A stretch of DNA of 64,000 nt from Buchnera aphidicola (Pentalonia nigronervosa) (GCA_014622685.1 CP061275.1:37471-101470); one strand, 5' to 3'; shown: positions 1 through 10,964, counted from the first letter of the stretch. Numbers and translations: made by a program. Notes: generated by a model not told the origin, from the sequence alone.

Positions 1-464
1 TATCATATACATCACTTCCATTATTTTATGTATTTCCAGAATTTCATTTTTCTGAAACGCAGAAGATTATGTTTGAAATAACATCTGGTATGTTGTCTTT
101 TTTAGGGATATGGTGTGCATATTATATATGGATTAAAAATAGACATTTAACAGATAGCATATTAAATTTAAAATGTATGAAATATTTTTATAATTTAGTT
201 GTATCAGGATGGGGTATAGATGTTTTTTATAATTTTTTCTTTATACGTTTTTATCTGTATATATCTGCAATACTTTCAAGTGATCCATTAAACAAAATTA
301 CGCATTTTTTCAAATATATTATTCATGTGTTAAATGCAAATTTATTGAGAATAAATAATGGTTATTTAAGATGGTATATAGCTTCAATGATAATTGGTAT
401 AAATTCGTTTTTTATATTAGTTTTGTTATTTACTTATTTTCACAGTCATGTTTGTATTAAATGA
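1..464 (+). CDS. nuoL: NADH-quinone oxidoreductase subunit L, C-terminal part (5' end outside window)
   Basis: The frame is open from the window edge. The hydrophobic C-terminus ends with ...NGYLRWYIASM..., like the E. coli NuoL end. nuoM and nuoN follow directly. Confidence 0.85.
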   Translation, partial: SYTSLPLFYVFPEFHFSETQKIMFEITSGMLSFLGIWCAYYIWIKNRHLTDSILNLKCMKYFYNLVVSGWGIDVFYNFFFIRFYLYISAILSSDPLNKITHFFKYIIHVLNANLLRINNGYLRWYIASMIIGINSFFILVLLFTYFHSHVCIK

Positions 465-539
465 TCAATAATTTTTAAACAACAAAAAATAATTTCATTA
501 ATAGTATAATTTATAGTAAATAATAGGAATATAAAAGCG

Positions 540-2060
540 ATGTTACTTTCTTTTTTAATTATAATTCCACTTTTGAGTAGTTTACTATCGTATTTTCTGT
601 ATAGATTTAAAGAATATTTTCCTCGTTGGATTGCTTTAATTGCAACAATGTCAGTATTTTTAATAATATTACGGATGTGGCTTCAAAAACAATATTGCAC
701 TCATCAATTCAATGAATTGTCTATTTGGAACAATCAATTTATCATGCCATGGATTCCAAAATTTGGTATTGAATTTAATTTATTTGTTGATGGTTTATCT
801 TTGTTGATGTTATTTTTAACTTGTGTATTAAGCATAATAGCAATTCTTGTTTCATGGAAAACTATTAAAGAAAATGAAGGTTTTTTTTATTTTAATTTTT
901 TGATGTTGTTGTCTGGTACTATCGGTGTGTTTATTTCTCGCGATTTATTTTTGTTTTTCTTTTTCTGGGAAATTATACTTATTCCTACATATTTTTTAAT
1001 TGCATTATGGGGAAAAAATATTGATCAAAAAAATGCTTGCGTTACAGTTGCTAATAAGTTTTTTATATACATGCAAGTATCGGGTTTGTTTATGTTTATT
1101 TCAATTTTAATATTAGCATATAGTTATTATAAGAGCACAAATATATTAACTTTCAATTATGATTTACTATCATATAATACGTTAGATATAAATACAGAAT
1201 GTATTGTTTTATTAGGCTTTTTTTTAGCTTGTTTCATAAAAATGCCTGTTGTTCCATTTCATGGATGGTTACCGGATTTTCATGTGCAATCTTTATCATG
1301 CGGAACAGTAGAAATTGTTGGTCTTTTATTGAAAACAGCCCCTTATGCGCTTTTACGAATTAGTTTAGTACTTTGTCCTCATGCAACAGAAAAATTTGTC
1401 TATTTTGTGATTATTATAGGTATAACGAGTGTTTTTTATGGATCTATTCTTGCATTTTCACAAAATAACGTTAAAAAGTTAATTGCTTATTCTTCTATTT
1501 CTCATATGGGGTTAATTTTAATTTCGATTTATAGCAAAAGTGAAATATCTCTTCAAGGTGCAGTAGTTCAGATGTTATCTAGTAGTTTTTGTACCGCTGC
1601 TTTATGTATTTTGTCTGGTTATTTGTATACTATTTTACATACGCAGGATATTCGTAAGATGGGTGGATTATGGAGTTGTATGTATTGGATTCCAGGTTTG
1701 ACATTATTTTTTTCTTTGTCCAATTTTGGTCTTCCTGGAACAGGCAACTTTGTAGGTGAATTTTTAATTTTATTAGGATTATTCCAGATTCATCCAATTT
1801 TATCATCGTTATTAACTGTAAGTATTTTATTTTCTGCTTTGTATTCTTTAAATTTGGTCCAGAGAATTTTTTACGGTGTATGTAAACAGCATATTTTAAA
1901 AAAACAGATATATAAAAAAGATGTATTTATAATGATGATATTAATTTTAATATTAGTGTTTTTAGGTTTGTATCCTCAAAAAATTTTGGATATTTCGTAT
2001 GTTCCGTTACATGATATTCATCAAAAATTCATGCATCCTATCACAGCAATAAGGTTTTAA
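540..2060 (+). CDS. nuoM: NADH-quinone oxidoreductase subunit M
   Basis: 506-aa polytopic membrane protein. The motif KMPVVPFHGWLPDFH matches the NuoM/ND4 family. Position is between nuoL and nuoN. Confidence 0.95.
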   Translation: MLLSFLIIIPLLSSLLSYFLYRFKEYFPRWIALIATMSVFLIILRMWLQKQYCTHQFNELSIWNNQFIMPWIPKFGIEFNLFVDGLSLLMLFLTCVLSIIAILVSWKTIKENEGFFYFNFLMLLSGTIGVFISRDLFLFFFFWEIILIPTYFLIALWGKNIDQKNACVTVANKFFIYMQVSGLFMFISILILAYSYYKSTNILTFNYDLLSYNTLDINTECIVLLGFFLACFIKMPVVPFHGWLPDFHVQSLSCGTVEIVGLLLKTAPYALLRISLVLCPHATEKFVYFVIIIGITSVFYGSILAFSQNNVKKLIAYSSISHMGLILISIYSKSEISLQGAVVQMLSSSFCTAALCILSGYLYTILHTQDIRKMGGLWSCMYWIPGLTLFFSLSNFGLPGTGNFVGEFLILLGLFQIHPILSSLLTVSILFSALYSLNLVQRIFYGVCKQHILKKQIYKKDVFIMMILILILVFLGLYPQKILDISYVPLHDIHQKFMHPITAIRF

Positions 2061-3518
2061 TTGGTAATTATGATCAATTTACAACAATTAATAGCATTAT
2101 TTCCGACAGTAACTTTAATATTTGCTATAATAATAGTAATATTATCTATTTGTTATAGTCGTAACCATACTTTTGTTTGTACGTTAACTATTTTAGGTTT
2201 AGTATGTTCATGTTTATCTCTGTTTTTTTTAAAAAATATTATTCCTATAAATGTAACGGCATTATTTTATATAGATAAGTCTTCTATTATATATGTTTTT
2301 ATGATTCTCTTTTCAGCAATTTCTGCATGTATTTTTTCTTATTCTTGGTTAGAAAAATATCAATTTAATAAAGAAGAATTATATGTATTGTTTTTGCTTT
2401 CTACTTTAGGGGCAGTAAATTTAATTTTTTCGAATCATATGTCTTCTTTATTTATTAGTATTGAATTACTGACTTTACCGGTTTTTGGATTAATTGCCTA
2501 TTCTAATACGCAAAAGTATTCCCTAGAAGCTGCATTAAAATATATTATTTTGTCCGGTGTATCGTCGAGTTTTTTATTATTAGGAATTGCATGGATTTAT
2601 GCTATTTCTGGAAATTTGAGTTTTTTATCTTTAGATTATATTTTTGATATCACACGAGAACAGGAAAAATTAGTAATATTGTTTGGAACGATTATGATTT
2701 TATCATCCTTGTTTTTTAAGTTATCTATTGTGCCATTTCATCTTTGGACACCAGATATTTATCAAGGTTCTTCTGCTGCTGTGTTATCTTTTTTTTCTAC
2801 CGTGAGTAAAACTGCTATTTTTTTTATTTTGTTGCGTCTATTTTTACATATCTCAAATTTTGATAATGGTGTACTATATTATATAGTATCATTAATGATA
2901 TTTTTATCTGTTATATTTGGAAATATATTAGCGTTATTGCAAAATGATATGAAGAGGTTTTTTGGTTATTCATCAATATCACAGTTAGGTTATTTATTAA
3001 TTTTATTATTAGCTTTTCATGATAGTTATATTTTTTCTTTAGAAGCAAGTATAGTTTATGTGTGTAGTTATTTGTTTAGTAATATAGCATATTTTGGTAT
3101 TATTAATTTAATTTCAAATATTTCGCAAAATAAACAACATCATCCGAAATTTTGGTATGAAGGTTTGTTTTGGCATCAGCCAATGTTAGCGATTATATTA
3201 ACGGTTATTTTTTTATCTTTATCAGGTATCCCAATAACATTGGGATTTATTGGTAAATTTTATATTTTATCAATTATTATAAACGAGCATCTATGGATTG
3301 TTGGTATACCTTTTTTTGTTGGTAGTATAATAGGTTTATGTTGTTATTTAAGAATGATTATTAATTTATATTTAACATCACCGACATATTTTTCACGTAC
3401 TTTAATTATACCGCGTTATTGGTTTTTCTCTCCATCTGGTATAGTTGTCTGCATTTCTGGGATAAATTTATTAATTTTAGGAATATATCCAAATTTATTA
3501 ATAAATCTTTTGCAGTAG
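2061..3518 (+). CDS. nuoN: NADH-quinone oxidoreductase subunit N
   Basis: Carries the motif VPFHLWTPDIYQGSSAAV of the NuoN/ND2 family. The N-terminus ...NLQQLIALFP resembles E. coli NuoN. The TTG start at 2061 has an AAGG 6 nt upstream; ATG 2070 is an alternative start. Confidence 0.93.
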   Translation: MVIMINLQQLIALFPTVTLIFAIIIVILSICYSRNHTFVCTLTILGLVCSCLSLFFLKNIIPINVTALFYIDKSSIIYVFMILFSAISACIFSYSWLEKYQFNKEELYVLFLLSTLGAVNLIFSNHMSSLFISIELLTLPVFGLIAYSNTQKYSLEAALKYIILSGVSSSFLLLGIAWIYAISGNLSFLSLDYIFDITREQEKLVILFGTIMILSSLFFKLSIVPFHLWTPDIYQGSSAAVLSFFSTVSKTAIFFILLRLFLHISNFDNGVLYYIVSLMIFLSVIFGNILALLQNDMKRFFGYSSISQLGYLLILLLAFHDSYIFSLEASIVYVCSYLFSNIAYFGIINLISNISQNKQHHPKFWYEGLFWHQPMLAIILTVIFLSLSGIPITLGFIGKFYILSIIINEHLWIVGIPFFVGSIIGLCCYLRMIINLYLTSPTYFSRTLIIPRYWFFSPSGIVVCISGINLLILGIYPNLLINLLQ

Positions 3519-3522
3519 TTAT

Positions 3523-3566
3523 GTTAAGTTATAAAAAATATTGATATTTTAGTTTTTTATCTTAAC
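3523..3566. terminator. Imperfect hairpin just after the nuoN stop (gttaag..ataaaaaa / ttttttat cttaac)
   Basis: Hand-paired 14 bp with a 2-nt bulge and a 14-nt loop. It lies at the end of the nuo operon. The AU-rich stem makes this a weak call. Confidence 0.3.
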
Positions 3567-4073
3567 TTAAATATGGCATAGTTTTTAACTATGTAAGACT
3601 CTATCAAATTATGAAGCTATGTTGTTTTTTTAAGGATGTTATATAAATATAAAAAATTTATGTTTTTATTTATATATTTTTCTTTATGAAAAAAATTAGA
3701 TGTATATAAATAGTATAAAAATATTTTGTTAAATCTCAGAAAAACTTTTTAAAATATTTTAATATGACAAAAACATATGTTAAAAAATGTACAGTTTGTT
3801 AATAAATAGAGTCATTTTTTTTGAAAAATATACATTAAAAACATATTATAATTGCGTTATATTAGTTTTATATTTGTTTTATAAATATATGATTATTTTT
3901 ACTATACTAAAAAATAACTGTGTTTTGATGTAAGAATTAAGATGAGCTAAATTAGTCGTTTATTTTAAATTAATTAATGTTTTTAAAAAAGTTCAGTAAC
4001 ATCTTAGTTTTTCAGGTTGTAATATTAAGTTTTAAATCATTATTTTTATTTTTTTATAAAATTCCGATTAAAA

Positions 4074-5363
4074 TTGATATTTATGTTAGATAAAAATTCT
4101 TCTTTATTAGAATGGTTAAAATATTTAGAAACATTTCCTAAAAAGAAAAGATTTGATCTTATAGAATTAAAAAATTTTGCAATTCGATTAAAAATTTTAA
4201 ATATTGAATCTTTTATTTTCACTGTAGGCGGAACAAATGGCAAAGGAACTACTTGTATAGCGCTAGAAAAATTGCTTTTGAAATCAGGATATACAGTGGG
4301 ATTATATACCTCTCCACATCTTATTAACTATACTGAAAGAGTAAGAATTAACGGTAAAATAATTGCAGAAGACCAGCATGTTTTATCTTTTTGTCATATT
4401 GAAACAAAAAGAAATGCAAAAGTTTTAACATATTTTGAGTTTGTTACTATTTCGGCATTGTTTTTATTTAAACAGTATAAATTAGACGTTTTGATATTAG
4501 AGGTAGGATTAGGTGGACGATTAGATGCAACTAATATTGTAGATTCTGATCTGTCTATAATTACTAATATCGAAATGGATCATACGTCTATTTTAGGTAA
4601 CGATCGTTCCAGTATTGTACGCGAAAAGTCAGGTATTTTTCGAAAAAATACAATATCTGTAATTGGTGATTATAATGTTCCTGGTTCTATTTATAAAATT
4701 GCAAAAAAAACACATACAGTTCTGAAGAATGTTAATATAGATTGGTTTTGGTTTAAAAATGATAATAGTTGGGATTTTATTCACCCTGATATTCAATTAT
4801 ACAATTTGCCGATGACTAAAATACCGTTGTCAAATGCAGCAATAGCACTATCTGCTCTGTATTATGCAAAATTTAAAATTCATGAGAATATTATTAGACA
4901 TGTTATGCCTAAAATACAATTATTAGGTAGATTTCAAACTATTTGTTTTGATCCACGTATTATATTGGACGTTGCACATAATCCTCATGCTGTTTTATAC
5001 TTGTCGTATAAGATTGATGAAATAAGTTGTCTAGGAAAAATACATGCAGTAATAGGTGTGTTAAAAGATAAAGATATAAGTCAAATGATTCGTATATTAA
5101 AGAATAGAGTTCATTACTGGTATGCAGCTCCACTAAATACTAATCGTACTATTTCTGTGATGCAATTGAAAAATTATTTACCAAAACATAATACTTATTT
5201 TTTTAATAGTATTGCACAAGCAGGAAAAACAGCATATATGAGATCTGAAAAACAAGATGTTATTTTAATTTTTGGTTCTTTTTTTACTGTATCAGAATTT
5301 ATTACTTCAGAATTTTTTAAAAATAAGATAATTAATATTAATTTGGAAGATTTATGTTATTAG
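4074..5363 (+). CDS. folC: Bifunctional folylpolyglutamate synthase / dihydrofolate synthase
   Basis: Has the GGTNGKGTT P-loop, EVGLGGRLDATN and DVAHNPHA motifs, collinear with E. coli FolC. Start is TTG 4074 or ATG 4083. Confidence 0.93.
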   Translation: MIFMLDKNSSLLEWLKYLETFPKKKRFDLIELKNFAIRLKILNIESFIFTVGGTNGKGTTCIALEKLLLKSGYTVGLYTSPHLINYTERVRINGKIIAEDQHVLSFCHIETKRNAKVLTYFEFVTISALFLFKQYKLDVLILEVGLGGRLDATNIVDSDLSIITNIEMDHTSILGNDRSSIVREKSGIFRKNTISVIGDYNVPGSIYKIAKKTHTVLKNVNIDWFWFKNDNSWDFIHPDIQLYNLPMTKIPLSNAAIALSALYYAKFKIHENIIRHVMPKIQLLGRFQTICFDPRIILDVAHNPHAVLYLSYKIDEISCLGKIHAVIGVLKDKDISQMIRILKNRVHYWYAAPLNTNRTISVMQLKNYLPKHNTYFFNSIAQAGKTAYMRSEKQDVILIFGSFFTVSEFITSEFFKNKIININLEDLCY

Positions 5364-5724
5364 TTAATCAAGTTAGTATTATAATAATTTTTTTTTCTTT
5401 ATTATGCGGTGCATTTCGAGGATTTTTTAGAGAAACTGTTTCCATTTTATTTTGGTTGTTAAATATGTGTTTTTTTTTAATTATTATTATTTTTCTTCAT
5501 TTTACACACATATTTTAAAAAATAGTTTTTTTTATGGAAATAATTTAATAATTGTGATAGTTTTTTGTTCTATAAGATTGGTATTAAATTTTATCCTAAA
5601 AAAAATTGTACGAATTTTAGGTTTATCTTTTCTAGATATGATTTTTGGTTCTATTTTCGGTGTTTTACGTGGATTAATAATAATAGGTGTATTTTATTTT
5701 TTCCGTGATATTTTTATTAATTAG
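5354..5724 (+). pseudogene. cvpA: Colicin V production protein CvpA, frameshifted in a T9 tract and C-terminally short
   Basis: ATG 5354 overlaps the folC end and gives MLLVNQVSIIIIFFSLLCGAFRGFFRETVSILFW.., matching the CvpA N-terminus. That frame stops at 5516. Homology continues in the 5452..5724 ORF (..NYYYFSSF..GSIFGVLRGLIIIG..). The frame switch is at T9 5470-5478. Confidence 0.75.
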
Positions 5725-5821
5725 TTTTTTAATGATAGTTTTTTAACAGATTAAGCAATCTATGTTTTTAAAAATATCATAATATTATATGTTAAAATTT
5801 AGTTTTCCATTTTTTATAATA

Positions 5822-5866
5822 CTAAGCACATTATTTTTCAATAAAAGAGAATAGTTATGTGCTTAG
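5822..5866. terminator. Hairpin between convergent cvpA and prs (ctaagcacat / atgtgcttag, 25-nt loop)
   Basis: Perfect 10-bp stem paired by hand. There is no clear U-run on either strand, so terminator function is uncertain. Confidence 0.3.
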
Positions 5867-5891
5867 AATTAAAAATATAAAATTTTTATTA

Positions 5892-6839
5892 TTAATGTTC
5901 AAACATAGCAGAAATAGATTCTTCATTACTAATTCGTCGTATCGCTTCTGCCAACATGCCTGATAATGTTAATGTACGTACGTTGGGTAATAATTTTATA
6001 TTCTCGCGTAATGGGATGGTATCACATACAACTACTTCATCAATAGATGATTGTTTCAAATTTTTTTCTGCATGACCTGAAAAAATAGGATGCGTTGCAT
6101 ATGCAAAAACTCTTTGAGCTCCTCTTTCTTTAAGAGCTTCAGCAGCCTTACAAAGTGTGTCTCCTGTATCTATCATATCATCAACTAATATGCAGTCTCG
6201 GTTTGCAACGTCACCAATAACATGCATAATTTGAGATATATTTGCATGTGGTCTTCTTTTATCAATAATTGCCATATCAGTATCGTATAAAAGTTTTGCA
6301 ATTGCCCTAGCTCGAACAACACCTCCAATATCAGGAGAAACAACAATTGGATTTTTTAGTTCTTTTTGTATCATATCTTCTAAAAGAATTAAGCTGCCAA
6401 AGACATTATCAACAGGTACGTCAAAAAAACCTTGAATCTGTTCGGCATGCAGATCTACTGTTAATATGCGATCTACTCCAATACTAGATAAAAAATCGGC
6501 AACGACTTTAGCTGTGATTGGAACTCGGGCGGATCGTACGCGTCGATCTTGTCGAGAATATCCAAAATACGGAATAACTGCAGTGATTCGTCCTGCTGAT
6601 GCTCGGCGTAGAGCATCGATCATCACTACTAATTCCATGATATTATCATTTGTAGGTGCACAAGTAGATTGAATGATAAAGATATCACCACCTCTTACGT
6701 TTTCATTTATTTGTACGCTAATTTCACCATCACTAAAACGACTAACAGATGCATCACCTAAATTAATATATAGTCGATTAGCAATAAATTTTGCTAATTT
6801 TGGAACAGAATTTCCAGAAAAAAGTTTCATTTCAGGCAT
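5892..6839 (-). CDS. prs: Ribose-phosphate pyrophosphokinase
   Basis: 315 aa, with [19 protein letters not shown] and the [15 protein letters not shown]-binding loop. Confidence 0.97.
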   Translation of the reverse strand: MPEMKLFSGNSVPKLAKFIANRLYINLGDASVSRFSDGEISVQINENVRGGDIFIIQSTCAPTNDNIMELVVMIDALRRASAGRITAVIPYFGYSRQDRRVRSARVPITAKVVADFLSSIGVDRILTVDLHAEQIQGFFDVPVDNVFGSLILLEDMIQKELKNPIVVSPDIGGVVRARAIAKLLYDTDMAIIDKRRPHANISQIMHVIGDVANRDCILVDDMIDTGDTLCKAAEALKERGAQRVFAYATHPIFSGHAEKNLKQSSIDEVVVCDTIPLRENIKLLPNVRTLTLSGMLAEAIRRISNEESISAMFEH

Positions 6840-7627
6840 AAAAAACCTTATTTATAATTTACAATCTTGGATAAATAGCGTGTTTTTATATGTTTAATCA
6901 TAAGATTTTTTATTTTTTTTTAATATTTTTGTACTATAAATATAGTAGATTTAAAAAAAGATGTTACGTAATAGATAATAATATTTCTATCGTGTCTCAT
7001 AATAAAATATAGACGTGATATACAAATACCTTTGTTGATAAGTTTGTAATATTAATACGTTTACTGAATATAACTTGAAAAAATTGATTTTTTTTAACAT
7101 TTGGTAACGACATGTGTGCTGATAATATTCAAATTAAATTCTTTATTTCATTGATATTATAAATTGCGCTGTAACGATTATTTTTTTTAATTTTTATAGA
7201 AAAGCGAATACAATTATATTGTAGTAAACGATTTATAATAAATAATTCTAATTTTTTATTGTAGATATATATTTTCAATGTACTTCTATATTAAAGAAAC
7301 GATATCCAGTGCGTATATAATGATATTTATATGCTCGTATGTTTATTTTAACATATAAGCAAGTAAATTAATTTTTAGAATTGAGTAAAGTATATATTAT
7401 ATTTTTATCAAGATATAATAATTTTTAACTGATTGACTATGTTATTTTGTACAGAATGTATTGCATGTAATTATTTTAATAGAAATGTTTTAATATACGG
7501 TATTGTTAATTTAAAATAATATATTTTTATAAATTTATACTATTATTTAATAGTAATATAAGTTATACGTGATATTAAATCAATTAAAAAGTGTATTTAA
7601 ATCAATTTTTTTAAAGATAAGGAATAT

Positions 7628-8716
7628 ATGTTAAACAATTCTATTTTAGATAAATTAAGAACTTTAAAAAATCGCTTCAATGAAATTGAAATTATTTTAA
7701 CACAGAAAGACACTGTATTAAATCGAGAATATTTTAAAGATTTATCTAAAGAGTATTTAAAATTATCAGAAATTATTAAACATTTTATTCAATGGGAGCA
7801 AATAGAAATTGATCTTAAAAATATTTCTAGTTTATTTCATGATGTAGAAATGTACGATATGGCAAAGGAGGAAGAAAATGTGTTTCGCAATAAGCAAAAA
7901 GAATTAGAAAAAAAAATAAAAATATTATTGCTACCTGAAGATCCAAATGATAAGTACAGTTGTTTTATTGAAATTAGATCAGCAACTGGAGGTGATGAAT
8001 CTTCAATTTTTGTTAGTGATTTATTCAAAATGTATACTAGGTATTCCGAACATTGCACTTGGAAAGTTGAAATTATTAATGCTAGCGATAATGAAAGAGG
8101 CGGTTTTAAGGAAATTATTGCGAAAATTACCGGAAAAGGTGTATGTGGTCGATTAAAGTTTGAATCTGGAGGTCATCGTGTTCAGAGAATCCCAGAAACA
8201 GAATCACAAGGTAGAATTCACACATCTACTTGCACTGTAGCAGTAATGCCGGTAATTCCAAAAATTAAAAAAGAAGAAATAAATTTTTCTGATTTAAAAA
8301 TTGATACCTTTCGTTCTTCTGGTGCTGGTGGGCAACATGTTAATACTACAGACTCTGCTATTCGTATAACACATCTTCCTACTGGTAATGTAGTAGAATG
8401 TCAAGATGAAAGATCGCAACATAAAAACAAAGCAAAAGCACTATCTATTTTATCGTCTCGTATACATGCTGCTAAAATTGCGAAAAGTAAAGAAGAAAAT
8501 GCTTCTATGAGACGTATTTTACTAGGTAGTGGTGAACGATCAGATAGAAATAGAACATATAATTTTCCTCAAAATAGGATTACAGATCATAGAATTAATC
8601 TTACTATATACAAATTAGATGAAGTTTTACAAGGAAAATTAGATTTATTGATTGATCCGATTATACAAGAACATCAAGCAGATATGTTAAATTCTTTGGC
8701 TGATGCACAATCATGA
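7628..8716 (+). CDS. prfA: Peptide chain release factor 1
   Basis: 362 aa, with the SGAGGQHVN (GGQ) motif and [14 protein letters not shown]. An AAGGA lies upstream of the ATG. Confidence 0.97.
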   Translation: MLNNSILDKLRTLKNRFNEIEIILTQKDTVLNREYFKDLSKEYLKLSEIIKHFIQWEQIEIDLKNISSLFHDVEMYDMAKEEENVFRNKQKELEKKIKILLLPEDPNDKYSCFIEIRSATGGDESSIFVSDLFKMYTRYSEHCTWKVEIINASDNERGGFKEIIAKITGKGVCGRLKFESGGHRVQRIPETESQGRIHTSTCTVAVMPVIPKIKKEEINFSDLKIDTFRSSGAGGQHVNTTDSAIRITHLPTGNVVECQDERSQHKNKAKALSILSSRIHAAKIAKSKEENASMRRILLGSGERSDRNRTYNFPQNRITDHRINLTIYKLDEVLQGKLDLLIDPIIQEHQADMLNSLADAQS

Positions 8717-9546
8717 ACATTCAAAGATGGTTAAAAAAAACTATCAATAAATTACCTCACGTTGATAATCCTAAGTTTGAAGCTGAGTTTTTATTAGGTT
8801 ATGTTACACGGTGTACACGAAGTTACATTCTTACTGCTGATAGCATTCAATTAAATTTAATGGAATTAAAATACTTAGATTATTTAGTTCATCGTCGATC
8901 TTTAGGCGAACCAATTGCTTATATAATTGGAAAAAAAGAGTTTTGGTCTTTGTCTTTAATTGTGTCATATGATACTCTTATTCCAAGACCAGATACAGAA
9001 ATTTTAGTAGAACAAGCATCGTTAAAAATTAATAAAAAATTTTCTGTAGTTTTAGATTTAGGTACCGGTTGTGGTGCTGTTGCTTTAGCTTTAGGTAGTA
9101 TGCACACTGATTGTAATATTATTGGAATTGACAAATCGATAAAAGCTCTTGAAATAGCTAAATTAAATGCATTGCAATTAAATTTAAAACATGTGTCGTT
9201 CTTTTACAGTGATTGGTTTTCTCATGTAGATCAGAAGTTTGATATTATCGTAAGTAATCCACCATATGTCGGAAAACATGAAATGAAATTGCTTAAGCAA
9301 GATATATTTTTTGAACCATTGAGCGCAATTATATCAGAAAATGATGGTTTTTTAGACATTGAACGTATTATTAAAATGTCTAGTAATTATTTGTTTTTAG
9401 GCGGTTGGTTATTAATAGAACACGGATATCAACAAAGATTACAAGTACAGTTTTTTTTTAGAAAATATAATTTTTCTGAAATAGCATCTTATAAAGATTA
9501 TGGAGGAAATGATCGTGTAACAATTGGAAGAAAAATTCATAATTAG
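8713..9546 (+). CDS. prmC: Release-factor glutamine N5-methyltransferase
   Basis: ATGA overlap with the prfA stop. Has the [12 protein letters not shown] motif and the VSNPPYV (NPPY) motif. Confidence 0.93.
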   Translation: MNIQRWLKKTINKLPHVDNPKFEAEFLLGYVTRCTRSYILTADSIQLNLMELKYLDYLVHRRSLGEPIAYIIGKKEFWSLSLIVSYDTLIPRPDTEILVEQASLKINKKFSVVLDLGTGCGAVALALGSMHTDCNIIGIDKSIKALEIAKLNALQLNLKHVSFFYSDWFSHVDQKFDIIVSNPPYVGKHEMKLLKQDIFFEPLSAIISENDGFLDIERIIKMSSNYLFLGGWLLIEHGYQQRLQVQFFFRKYNFSEIASYKDYGGNDRVTIGRKIHN

Positions 9547-9690
9547 TAAAATATTTTATATGGTATAAAATAAGCAATGTATTAATACAAAAAATATAGT
9601 TTTATTTTTTATAAACTATATATTAATACATTATAATTGCAACAATAAACATTTTTAATTATTTCAAAAAATATTAAAATTATTAATTAT

Positions 9691-10500
9691 ATGAAATCTC
9701 TTTCTGATATTGACTTTTCTAAATTGTCACTTTTAGATTCTGCTATTGCTGTTTTTCAAATAATTCGATCAGACTTTCCTGTCGAAACTGTTTTGTTTGA
9801 GTTGAAAAATAAAATACAAGAAGCTAAATCTTATGTTTTATCTGAAGTTCAACCTAATCAACAATTAAAAAAATTGTTGGAGTTGTTTTATCATCACTGG
9901 CGTTTCTGTGGAGCAAGTGGTATTTACAAACTTTCTGATGCTTTATGGATTGATAATGTTTTAAAAACAAGACAAGGTACTGCGGTTTCATTAGGGATTT
10001 TATTATTACATATTGCACAAGAGTTAAATTTACCATTAAATCCTGTTGTTTTTCCTACACAACTTATTTTACGAGCAGATTGGGTGAATCAAAAGAAATG
10101 GTTAATCAACCCCTTTAATGGAGATTTATTAAACCGTCATATTTTAGAAGTGTGGTTAAAGGGTAACATTAGCCCGACGGCTGAATTATATGATAACGAT
10201 TTATATAAATCTGATGCTATTATTGTAATTCGTAAAATGTTAGATACATTAAAAGCTGCGTTGATGGAAGAAAAAAAAATAGAACTTGCATTAAATGTAA
10301 GTAATCTTATTATAAAAATTGATCCCAATGATCCATATGAAATTCGTGATCGAGGGTTAATATACGCACAATTAGAATGTAATCATGTAGCTTTGACAGA
10401 TTTAATTTATTTTGTCGAACATTGTCCTGAAGATCCAATTAGCGAAATAATTAAAGTACAAATTCATGCTATTGAACAAAAAAAGATGATCTTGCATTAA
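9691..10500 (+). CDS. sirB1: SirB1/YchA family protein (transglutaminase-like/TPR)
   Basis: 269 aa, the same length as E. coli SirB1 as I recall, and the same position downstream of prfA-prmC. The family call rests on synteny and general similarity. Confidence 0.7.
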   Translation: MKSLSDIDFSKLSLLDSAIAVFQIIRSDFPVETVLFELKNKIQEAKSYVLSEVQPNQQLKKLLELFYHHWRFCGASGIYKLSDALWIDNVLKTRQGTAVSLGILLLHIAQELNLPLNPVVFPTQLILRADWVNQKKWLINPFNGDLLNRHILEVWLKGNISPTAELYDNDLYKSDAIIVIRKMLDTLKAALMEEKKIELALNVSNLIIKIDPNDPYEIRDRGLIYAQLECNHVALTDLIYFVEHCPEDPISEIIKVQIHAIEQKKMILH

Positions 10501-10556
10501 ATAATCTATTTTGCAATATTTATTGTGTAATCGGCATATTTTTCTTGTGTATTGTT

Positions 10557-10964
10557 TTAAAATATAGTTTTTTTGATGATCTTTTGTTTATAAAAATTTA
10601 TGTTTTGTTTTTCTAAGTGAGCATTAAGATCATCATATGACATACTTAAAGTGGTCTCATTTTCTCTTGTTTGGCATTGATCTTTTAAATCCAAAGTTAA
10701 TCTGTTAAGTATGTAAATTTCAATACCGTTTAATATTTTTAAAAATAGTGTGTCTTGTTTTTATATTTAGTTTAACAATAATGTTATTAGATCGGTCTAT
10801 ATTTTCGTATTTTTCGAAAAATTTAGTAGATTGTTTTGTATTTTTATATTTACAACAAGTTTTTTTATAGCTGTTATACATACTGAAATTTCATTTTTTT
10901 CTCGTTTTTTTTCACTTCCTGTCAGATCATCTGAAATACAAATACCAGATTTGTTTAATGACAT
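10557..10964 (-). pseudogene. Relic of an unidentified gene: 136-codon frame with three in-frame stops
   Basis: Hand translation of the minus strand runs from ATG 10964 to TAA 10557 in one frame. Stops occur only at 10797-99 (TAG), 10767-69 and 10761-63 (TAA). The stop-free runs of 55 and 60 codons are long for such AT-rich DNA. Confidence 0.45.

Noticed and set aside
3519-4073. tRNA or other small RNA genes in the long spacers (3519-4073, 6840-7627, 25368-25804, 35038-35695, 43611-44570)
   Set aside because: The only T-arm-like GGTTCGAATCC motif in the window belongs to the tmRNA. No cloverleaf-compatible GC-containing segments were seen by eye. A covariance-model scan would be needed to be sure.
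4046-4243. Short ORFs straddling gene starts on the opposite strand or in spacers (4046..4243, 21376..21606, 24303..24518, 26506..26769, 26683..26907, 37024..37242, 44540..44782)
   Set aside because: They are Lys/Asn/Ile/Phe-rich translations of AT-rich DNA. They overlap real genes or promoters, lack motifs, and sit near the 60-aa reporting threshold.
6466-6897. 68-aa and 74-aa + strand ORFs
   Set aside because: They are antisense to the well-supported prs gene, a typical shadow in its relatively GC-richer part.
10557-10964. Assigning the relic frame upstream of ackA to yfbV, the gene divergent from ackA in E. coli
   Set aside because: Position, strand and size fit, and there is a loose C-terminal resemblance (ILN...Y..L...L). 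However, YfbV is a membrane protein and the relic translation is hydrophilic throughout, so I left it unassigned.
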